Below, in pieces: positions 28,006 to 36,900 of a stretch of DNA of 58,834 bases (the first letter of the stretch is position 1; every line of letters starts with the position of its first letter). A program made the translations under genes and the position numbers. The DNA is from a virus (lineage: Duplodnaviria > Caudoviricetes): positions 1 to 58,834 of the IMG/VR virus record IMGVR_UViG_3300025645_000083, one strand, 5' to 3'. Below the pieces are notes generated by a model. That model saw only the letters and a list, made by a program, of their open reading frames with translations. It had not been told where the DNA came from and ran no database searches.

Positions 28006-29897
28006 TGTCAGACAAGAAAGATAAAGATAAAGGATTTGATAGAGAGGCATTTAAACGTGCTATTGCTCATGTGGAGTCTAGTGGTGGAAAGTACTTAAGT
28101 AATCCAACTAGCTCTGCTGCCGGTAGATATCACTTCTTATATAGATATATAAAAAATACTCCTATACTAAAGGGTGTAACTATACGTGAATTTATAAATA
28201 GACCCGAGCTTCAAGAGAAGATTATGGATATGGCCATAGACGGTACATTACCTGGATACCCTAGTTATAGTGGATATGCGCAAGAATTAAAGTCTAAGTT
28301 TAATTTAGACATGGATCTTCATGAGATTGCAGCTCTTACTCATTTCCTAGGTAAAGGTGGTGCAAAGAAGTACTTGTCTAATCCATCAGGATTTGTCGTA
28401 CCTGGAAAGAATGCTAGTGTACAACAATATATTACTAAGTTTAATAAAGCTTTTGGGCCCAAAGCCCCTGGAAATAAAAATGTAATTAAAAAGATTTCAC
28501 CTGAAGAGGCAGGTCATAATGTAAAAGTACAAGATAAGACAGCTGTTAAGCAACCTAAGGAGAGTAAAATAATTAGAACTGATACATTTCAAGCAGGAAG
28601 TGACGAGTATATAGAATACTTGAATAGTCAAGGCGTAAGCAAAGAAGCACCAGAAGTTTCTGAAGAGGGTGAAAAACCTGGTCCCACTGTCCAACCTGAA
28701 ACAGCTGAGCCAACTATAACAGATGAGCCAATAAATGAAGAGGCTGAATCAATTGCTAGATTAATTCCAAATGAGCCTAAAAGGATGGCTCCTGTCTCTG
28801 GTGAACTAGCTGGCAAACCAATGGAGGATCAGCTTGGATTCATGAATACACTTGCAATGGGTGGATTCGCTGGTCTTAATGGAGAAAAAGAAATTATACC
28901 AATAGAGAATGGTGGTACACACGAGCAGAATCCTTACGGAGGAGTTCCTATGGGAACAGGGTCCAATGGTAAAATGAATACTGTTGAAGAAGGTGAAGTA
29001 AAGTTCGGAGACTATATATTCTCGAATAGACTTGCTTTAGGTGGATTTATGAAAAGTGTAGAAGATGCAGATCCTAACGTATTTGCTACTGGTGGTGATT
29101 TAACAGATCCAAAAGAACCAGTTGGTAATCCTATTACTGACCCAATATTTGGACCAGGTAAGGAACTTAAGTTTACTAAGTCTGAAATGAAGCCAGTTGG
29201 ATTAGGATTAAAGAAAGTATCAGAAGAATTCACTGTACCGGATGTGAGAGAAGATTTCATGGATAAGAATTATGTATCAACAGGACCTCAAGATACTGTA
29301 AACTTCCAGAGCGCAGTGCAAGATGAAGGAGGTATGGAGTTCTTAAATAGATACAATGATCCTAAGACTAGAAAGCTTATGATGGAGCAAACTGGTCTTA
29401 GTAGTAATGATATAGATAACATGATACTACGTGGTTTATCTCCTGAAAAAGTAATAGGTGGTAATGAACCAGACTCTAAAGCTTCTGTCAACAGAGAGGG
29501 TAACATCATCAATGTTGCTGAGAAGTATAACAATGCTCCTGGTGTTGAAACACACGAAAGAGTTCACTCTTCTATGTTTGACGCCGCGCAAGGTGAAAAC
29601 TTGCTTGATGTATTAGGAAGCCCTTTTCAACAAGAAGGTAAAAATACATTTAATAAATTTAAGAGTTATATGAAGCTTCCACACGAAGCTTACGGTAACT
29701 TCTCAGAATTCAGAGAAAAGATTGGTCTTAAGCCAGGTGAACAAATCACTGAAAAAGAATTAAAGAAAAGAGTAAAAGCAAAAGGTCTTGATGATGAGAA
29801 CTTTTACAAGGTATTCAATGATAAAAATATAACTAAAGCATTAAACACAATAGCTTCAACAGGTGGTCAATCTGATGATGAATATAGATTAGCATAA
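28005..29897 (+). CDS. Virion cargo protein: lysozyme/SLT-like domain, crAss cargo motif, zincin-like domain
   Basis: AIAHVESSGG...SSAAGRYHF; GGTHEQNPYGGVPMG...VEEGE...YIFSNRL; HERVH...HEAY. Confidence 0.75.
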   Translation: MSDKKDKDKGFDREAFKRAIAHVESSGGKYLSNPTSSAAGRYHFLYRYIKNTPILKGVTIREFINRPELQEKIMDMAIDGTLPGYPSYSGYAQELKSKFNLDMDLHEIAALTHFLGKGGAKKYLSNPSGFVVPGKNASVQQYITKFNKAFGPKAPGNKNVIKKISPEEAGHNVKVQDKTAVKQPKESKIIRTDTFQAGSDEYIEYLNSQGVSKEAPEVSEEGEKPGPTVQPETAEPTITDEPINEEAESIARLIPNEPKRMAPVSGELAGKPMEDQLGFMNTLAMGGFAGLNGEKEIIPIENGGTHEQNPYGGVPMGTGSNGKMNTVEEGEVKFGDYIFSNRLALGGFMKSVEDADPNVFATGGDLTDPKEPVGNPITDPIFGPGKELKFTKSEMKPVGLGLKKVSEEFTVPDVREDFMDKNYVSTGPQDTVNFQSAVQDEGGMEFLNRYNDPKTRKLMMEQTGLSSNDIDNMILRGLSPEKVIGGNEPDSKASVNREGNIINVAEKYNNAPGVETHERVHSSMFDAAQGENLLDVLGSPFQQEGKNTFNKFKSYMKLPHEAYGNFSEFREKIGLKPGEQITEKELKKRVKAKGLDDENFYKVFNDKNITKALNTIASTGGQSDDEYRLA

Positions 29898-29898
29898 T

Positions 29899-31461
29899 AT
29901 GAAAAAGAAACAAGACAGCATAATGGATAAGTTTAATCTTCCTTCTTATACAAAAGGTAAGACTTTTGCTGAAGCGAGCAAGGCCATTGCTAAGAAATTT
30001 GAAGGCAGAAAGGACAAAGAGTCTACTGAGACACTTCAGGAGCTTCAAGGAAGATTACAACAAGCTCAAGAGTACGTTAAGGCTAAGTCACAGCCACAAC
30101 AAGCTCCACAACAAGCTCCACAACAAGAACAGCCTCAAGATCCAATGTCTATGGGTGGTCAAATTGGTGGAGAGTCTAATGATTACTTCCTAGGGGGTAT
30201 CATGAGTAGTCTTGGTGGTGCTGGAGGTGCAGCTGCAGGCGCGGCGGGAGCGGGAGCAGCAGCAGGCGGTGCATCTGGATTACTAGGTAAAGTTGGTGGA
30301 GGTGCTATTCCTGGAATGGGATTACTAAGTAAAGCTCCAGAAGCTATTGGTCATTTTAAGTCTGGTAATGCTGCAAAAGGCATAATGAGTGCAGCTAGTG
30401 GTGCGGCTAGTATGATTCCTGGTGTAGGAGCGATAGCTTCTCCAATTTTAGATATGGCAACAAAATTTGTTGGTAATGGACAGGCGAAGCAAGAAGCACA
30501 AGATTTAGCAGTTAATGATACTGCAACTAAAGCCAAGCAATTTAACAATCCTTTTGCTAATGGTGGATTTATGGATAGTACAGATCCAAATGAACTAATT
30601 AGTATGTTAGGTGAAACAGATCCAACTAAAGATTATTTTGCAGGTCAAGCAGATAAAAGGGCTGCATTTGATGCTAGTAATGATATGTTTGCCGGAGAAG
30701 CTGATAAAAGAGCGGCATTTGACGCAAGTAATAATTATTTTGCAGGTGAGGCTGATAAAAAAGCAATGTCAGATTCTAAAGATGCGGCACATAGCGCAAG
30801 TAATGATGCTTTTGCTGCTGAGGCTGATGCTAGAAAAGCTGCAAATTATAGTACTGAAGAAGAAGGTAATGTAGAAGGTAATGTAGAAGGTAAATATGAC
30901 CCTTCTAGTTTGTTAAGATACGCTCCTGCAGTTACAGATGCTTATCAATTAGCTACATTAGATAAACCTGATCAAGTGTCAAGAAACAAACTTGGAAATA
31001 CTTATGATCCACAAAGAGTAGATGAGAGACAATTAGTTAAAGGAGTTCAAGAAGGTGTAAACAATCAAAGAGATGCTATTCTAGGATCTTCTGGTGGTTC
31101 TCAAGCAGCTGCTAGAGCCAACTTACTTGGATTAAGCTTACAGGGAACTAAAGCTTTATCTAGTGCAATGGCACAAGCTGGTTCAGAAAATAGACAAGAG
31201 AATAGAGCAGGACAACAATTCAATTTAGGAGTTGATCAAACTAATCTTCAACAATCTAATGCTGAGCAATTAGCTAATGAACAAAACAAAGGAGCATATG
31301 ATGCTCAAAAGAGTCAGTTAATATCTCAATTAGGTTCTAATCTTGGAGAAGTTGGAAAAGAACAGTTGTTTAAAAAGTATCCTGAGTTAATGGGTATGGA
31401 CTTTGATGCACTTGGTAAATACATGAAAACTAAGAATAAAAAGAAAAAAGGTAAACTATAA
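29899..31461 (+). CDS. Ejected cargo protein (crAss cargo-1-like)
   Basis: KTFAEASK...LQQAQE, Gly/Ala-rich hydrophobic region, LRYAP, Gln/Ala-rich helical C-terminus. Confidence 0.7.
   Translation: MKKKQDSIMDKFNLPSYTKGKTFAEASKAIAKKFEGRKDKESTETLQELQGRLQQAQEYVKAKSQPQQAPQQAPQQEQPQDPMSMGGQIGGESNDYFLGGIMSSLGGAGGAAAGAAGAGAAAGGASGLLGKVGGGAIPGMGLLSKAPEAIGHFKSGNAAKGIMSAASGAASMIPGVGAIASPILDMATKFVGNGQAKQEAQDLAVNDTATKAKQFNNPFANGGFMDSTDPNELISMLGETDPTKDYFAGQADKRAAFDASNDMFAGEADKRAAFDASNNYFAGEADKKAMSDSKDAAHSASNDAFAAEADARKAANYSTEEEGNVEGNVEGKYDPSSLLRYAPAVTDAYQLATLDKPDQVSRNKLGNTYDPQRVDERQLVKGVQEGVNNQRDAILGSSGGSQAAARANLLGLSLQGTKALSSAMAQAGSENRQENRAGQQFNLGVDQTNLQQSNAEQLANEQNKGAYDAQKSQLISQLGSNLGEVGKEQLFKKYPELMGMDFDALGKYMKTKNKKKKGKL
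30631..30849 (+). repeat. Intragenic 51-nt (17-aa) tandem repeat, about 4 copies
   Basis: DYFAGQADKRAAFDASN / DMFAGEADKRAAFDASN / NYFAGEADKK... / DAFAAEADARK. Confidence 0.9.
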
Positions 31462-31473
31462 TAAACAAATAAG

Positions 31474-31665
31474 ATGACAAGAGCGTATTTATTATTACTC
31501 AATATAGTAGATAATGACGATATCTACATAGATCACAAGAAGAAAAGATTCGTACTCACCTACAATGATGAAAAAATTGTCATCAATCGTGAGGATGTTA
31601 AGGATTTTATAACTATATTTATGAACGATAAAGACGCACTGTTAGAAAAGCTTAACAATAATTAA
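31474..31665 (+). CDS. Small hypothetical protein
   Basis: Fills the gap between two cargo genes; A-rich leader. Confidence 0.55.
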   Translation: MTRAYLLLLNIVDNDDIYIDHKKKRFVLTYNDEKIVINREDVKDFITIFMNDKDALLEKLNNN

Positions 31666-31666
31666 T

Positions 31667-33955
31667 ATGGCAAATAGATTTAGTAACATAACAACAGCAG
31701 GATTTAAAGGTCTTTCTCTAGATGAGATAATGGCAGTGCCTTTAGCTAAACAAGCTAGGCAAGATGCTTCATTGGCTGCAACTGATGAGCTAGAGGCTCT
31801 TGAGACAAAAAGACTTGAAGGTGATGCAGGTGTTGTTGATGCAGAATTAGAAAGAATCAGAAAGGAATCTGAGCAGATATCCAAAGATTTGATGGATCGT
31901 GGAGTAGACAGAGGTTTGTCAAATAAGCTTCGTAAATTGAGATCATCTCAAAAGAAATCTTTCGGTGCTTCTGGCGTTGTAGGTCAAGCTAAAGCTAATT
32001 ACACTTCTGCACAGAAATATATAAATGATCTTGCCACTAAGAAAATATCACAAGCAGGTTGGTCACCACAAGAGGCAAAAGTATGGGCTACAAAGCAAGT
32101 AAGTGATTTTGGTAGTTCTTTTGATGAGTTAGGTAATTTTAAACAGTTTTCAGGAACTGGCCTATCTACTAAAGTTGGTACTAATGATTGGATTAACAAA
32201 AATTTAAAGCTTGTACAGGCAGATGCCTCGCAAGATGCAATGAAATATACAGGTAACTTAGATCAGTTTACACAGGCTTATGCTTCTGGTATAATAAAAG
32301 AAAGAGATTTCAATAAGATTATGTCTTCCTTAACCACTATGGCTTCTAATGATCCTGATTTACAGGCCTCATTGAAACAACAACAATTCTTTGACCCTAA
32401 TGCAGGTGATGCTAGAAATATAGGTAAGTGGGAAGTTAGATATAGAGCTGACGGAACTAAGAAAGATGTATTTATTCCAGGTAATCAATTTGGTAGACAA
32501 CTATTTGGAGCCGCTGCAGGTGGGCAATCTAGAGAGCAAAGTTTAAAATATCACTTTAATACTGATACAGCAGCTAAAGAGTTACACGAAAGAGGACTTG
32601 ATGCTAGAGAAGCTGCTGATCTGGTTAGAGCTGCTAATGGTGTTCTTACCACAGTTACACCTGATAATATTGATGAAATTAAAGAAAATACAGGATTGGC
32701 CCTTAATGAGCTTGAGAGACAGACATCAGAAAATAATGCATTTTGGGGAACTGATGAACAAATGCTTGACCCTAACTTTGATAAAGCCAAGAAAGATGAA
32801 TTTGAAGCTAGAAGAAAGTCTAATCCTGTTGCTTTTGAACAAGCTAAAAAAGAACTTAATGATTCTAAAGTAAAGTATCATAAATTAAACAACCTTATTA
32901 ATAGAGTTGAAACTAAAGCGTTAGAAGGTTTTACAGATGAAGAAAAGAAAGAATACGAATTTGCTGAACAAATAAGTGAGCTTAGAACTCAAGATGAAGC
33001 TACTAAAGTTGACTACTTAGAAAAAGAGCTTATTAAGCTTGGGGTTAATCCTGATGATTTAGATATAACTGGAGAAGGGAGAGTATTAAATAATAAAACT
33101 GGTAATTATAATATTGTTCCGGTAAATAAATCTGATGAGTTACTTAGGCATTATTTAGATAAAAAGAATATAACTAACAGATTTGTTGGAAATGAATTAG
33201 ATCCTAGAGGGGCTTGGGAATCATTTGATGATATTAAAAGTAGAGCTAATGATCTCGTAAGAAAGCATTTAGAGTCTAGTCAGAACTTATACTCTGAGTC
33301 ATATACAGAATTCAGTGCTCTTAATAATGGTAAGTACTCAAGTAAGATTGGTGGATTGAATGAAGTATTGAGTGATGGATTTAAGGGATCAGGTTATTCA
33401 GAAGCTTATTCAGGTAAAGATATGTTCTCTTACTTGTCTGAGACTTATCCACCGGATCCAAGTACTGGTGAAGCTAAAGTTGATTATGATGTTAGGGTAA
33501 CTGATGGACATGATGAAAAAGGATATCCTATTGAGCACTTAGTTGTTAAGGATAAGAATGGATCTGTAATAGAGGTTAAAACTATAACAAGAGGAGATCT
33601 TGGTAAATCAACACAACTTAGTGCTGGAAAAGAACTAGCTGTTTCTAGTGACCCAGGATTAGCTGCTAAAGGCAGAAAGATGATTGCCAGTGCAGAATAC
33701 ATGCCTAAGATTAAAGCTTCTGAAATAAGAAGTGGCAATATTGAAGGAACAGTGCAAGGTAAGAATATAAAAATAAAAGGAGTTGAAACTCCAATTTCTT
33801 GGGTTAAGGCTCAAGTTGGTTCCAGAGATGTCTGGAGAATAAAAGTTGGAGAATTCCAATCAAGAGAGTTGTTTGGAGAGGCAGATATGGCTACGTATTT
33901 GTATGAAGAATTAGTAAAAGACTTAAAGAAACAAAATGGCGGAAACACAGAATAA
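31667..33955 (+). CDS. Ejected cargo protein (first of the RNAP-associated trio)
   Basis: MANRF...LSLDEIMAVP N-terminus, helical composition, synteny with the RNAP. Confidence 0.7.
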   Translation: MANRFSNITTAGFKGLSLDEIMAVPLAKQARQDASLAATDELEALETKRLEGDAGVVDAELERIRKESEQISKDLMDRGVDRGLSNKLRKLRSSQKKSFGASGVVGQAKANYTSAQKYINDLATKKISQAGWSPQEAKVWATKQVSDFGSSFDELGNFKQFSGTGLSTKVGTNDWINKNLKLVQADASQDAMKYTGNLDQFTQAYASGIIKERDFNKIMSSLTTMASNDPDLQASLKQQQFFDPNAGDARNIGKWEVRYRADGTKKDVFIPGNQFGRQLFGAAAGGQSREQSLKYHFNTDTAAKELHERGLDAREAADLVRAANGVLTTVTPDNIDEIKENTGLALNELERQTSENNAFWGTDEQMLDPNFDKAKKDEFEARRKSNPVAFEQAKKELNDSKVKYHKLNNLINRVETKALEGFTDEEKKEYEFAEQISELRTQDEATKVDYLEKELIKLGVNPDDLDITGEGRVLNNKTGNYNIVPVNKSDELLRHYLDKKNITNRFVGNELDPRGAWESFDDIKSRANDLVRKHLESSQNLYSESYTEFSALNNGKYSSKIGGLNEVLSDGFKGSGYSEAYSGKDMFSYLSETYPPDPSTGEAKVDYDVRVTDGHDEKGYPIEHLVVKDKNGSVIEVKTITRGDLGKSTQLSAGKELAVSSDPGLAAKGRKMIASAEYMPKIKASEIRSGNIEGTVQGKNIKIKGVETPISWVKAQVGSRDVWRIKVGEFQSRELFGEADMATYLYEELVKDLKKQNGGNTE

Positions 33956-36900
33956 TCAAGATTTTGCTGGCACACCAGATGCTATTGTAGTGGAGAATGA
34001 ATTCACTGAATTAGACAAGACAGAGCCTGTAAAAGACACTGCTGACATATCTATTGTTGATACTGATCCAGTCGAGGTTGAGAAAACTGATCCTAAAGAT
34101 GATGAGATTTCAATTGTAGACGACGGTCCTAGTATCATGGAGGATAACAGGTACGAAGGTTTAGATGTAGAGGATTACACTGATTATCTTGGTAGTACTA
34201 TATTTATGCCTACTGGTGGCGTTGAAGAATTAAATAGACGTCGTGGTGAGTTACAATCAGGATGGCAACAAGCTGGTAATATGATTGGTCAAGCTGTTGT
34301 TGGTGAGATAATTGGTGGTACTGTTGAAGGATTAGGTTACTTACTTGACTTAGGCAGTGTTATGGATTACATGACTGGTAACGAGACTGAGTGGGGAAAC
34401 TTTATGACAGATGCTGGTAAAGGGTTAAGAACATGGGGACAAGACGCTATGGCTATTCATCAAAAAGCACCTGGTAAGTTCGATCCTTCTGATTCAGGAT
34501 GGTGGTTCAGTAACGGAGTATCTGTTGCTAGTACATTAAGCATGCTTATACCTTCTATGGCTGCAACTAAAGCTTTAGGATTTCTAGGTAAGGGAGCTTC
34601 AAAGCTTGGTGGAAAATTTTCTCGCGTACTAGATGTTGCTGAAAACATGGGTAAAAAGTCTACATGGATGACAGAGGGTATATCCCAAGCTGTTGTATCT
34701 AGACACATAGAAAACTCTATGGAAGCATCCGGTACATTTGAATCTAAACGTGAAGAGTTATTAAATAAAATAGATAAAGAAACAGGCTTACCTTTCACAG
34801 AAGAGAAAGCTACTCAAATAGCATCAACAGCTGCGTCTGATAACTATAATAAAGGTTGGGCCATGTTATTACAAGATATTCCTCAATATCTAGCACTTGG
34901 TAAGATATTCAATCCTCACACTAGTAGGATGGAGAATGCTTTGTCTAAAGCATCTAGTAGAGGTCTTGGAGTTAAAATGAAACCTTGGATGCAAAAAGTT
35001 TCAGGTGGAGTAGGTACTTTCGTTTCAGAAGGTGCTGAAGAATCTTATCAATACTTAATTGCTGAGAATGCCAAAGCTATGGCTGATCTTAATGCTGGGA
35101 TTATTACAAGGGAAAAGTATGACGAAATAATGGAAGATGCCATGGGCTCAGATGAAATGAAAACATCTGCATTCTTTGGTGGTCTTGGTGGTAACTTATT
35201 TCATTTTGCAGGTAAAGGTTTGAGTGAACTTAAAAAGGGAAAGAAAAAAAGAACCTTTGAAAAAGAATATGAGAAAACATATGCTACGACTCTAAATGAT
35301 AGAGCTCGTAACTTTATGTCTATGCAACAAAAATTATCAGATGCTGATAATAACAACAATCTTGAAGCAAGAGAGATGGTATTGGATGAGATGATGTTAA
35401 TGATGACTACTGATTCATTACATCGCGGTAAATTCGATCAACATATTGAAGCTTTAGAAGGTATTGCAAGCATGACTAAAGAAGAGGCTGCTGCTTTAAA
35501 AGAACAAGGAGGTAGTGATTTCAACCTAGAGTTAGCTAAGAAAAATATACCATCTGTTATTAAAAAGTCTGAAGAGATGAGGATGGATTATTTAAAATTC
35601 TCTAATAAGTATGATGCTAACATTGCGGCTAAAATGGCCCAAAACAATTATAGAACAAAAAGATTTGTAGAGAACTCTGCCAAGATGGATGAAAAGATTC
35701 AGAAGGTTACTTATGGAGTTCCTAATGCTAGTGCTATATCGACTACTCAAATGGAAAAGATTGAGGGTCTTATGAAGGTTAAGGCTTTGACTCAAATGAA
35801 TGAGACATTTAAGAAACAACTTGAACAAGAAGGTGTTAGTGAGTTAAGAAAACCACATATTGAGAAATTAATAAAAGACAATGAGAAGCGTATTGCTAAG
35901 ATGACGCTTGACTATCAGGCTATCAAAGGTGATGACCCACGAGATGCTGAACAAAAAAGAAAAGATGCTAGACTTGCTCAAGGCTTCGATGAAGACGTTA
36001 CTGCTGAACTAACAGAGGCTTACATGATTAAGGAGCGTAACAACGCAGAGATATCACTTAATCAATCAGAGAATGGAGATATTCGTAAAGAGTCTTATAG
36101 AAAAGGTCTTAAAAAGCAAGAGCTAACTCATAGAGTTAATACTCCACTTGAAACTGAAGAGCAAGGACAAGAACTTCAGAAAGAAATAGAGGAGTCTGAT
36201 TTTTTAACTAAAGATGAGAAGATTAAGAATGCAGCTGTTGTTAATGAAAACATAGAAGAGCTTGCTAATGAAGAAGCTGTTGCAAGAGAGTATGCTAATG
36301 ACGATGCCAGAGAGGCTGAAAGATTAGCTGAAGAAGCTGCTAGATCTGCTAATACAACAACTGTAAGTAACGCTAACAAAGCTAGTGTTGCAGATAATAT
36401 TGAAGATGAGCATGCAGAAGACTCAACAAATGTAACTAAGACTACTAAGTCTCAAGAGAAAGGAAAGGATAGAGCTATTAATACGGATAAAGTTAGTAGT
36501 AATATCAAGGTTCCTTTATACGCTAACTTAAATGGACCAGGCTGGAAAGACTGGGTATTTAATGGTAAAGATAAAACAGGAGCTAAAGATGGTAAGCCAG
36601 TATTGCTTGACTATGTTGTTGGAACTCCTGGTGGAATACATTCTAAACTAGGACAACAAGCTATTGAGATATTCAATAAAGCCAAGAAGAATCCTAAGAT
36701 AAAATTAACAGCTGAAGAGAAAGATATTTTATTTAATCATCTTCCTATTAAGATACAACTTACTGATGATATATGGTCACATATACCTGCTTATAGTAAG
36801 ACAAATGCATTTTATAAAACTAATGAACTTCCTAAAAGAGAGAATATCATTAGACAAATGTTCTTGGGTAATACTCAAACACAAGTTACTCATCAATTTG

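Noticed and set aside
30631-30849. Repeat array as CRISPR
   Set aside because: In-frame coding repeats with synonymous variation, no spacers and no cas genes.
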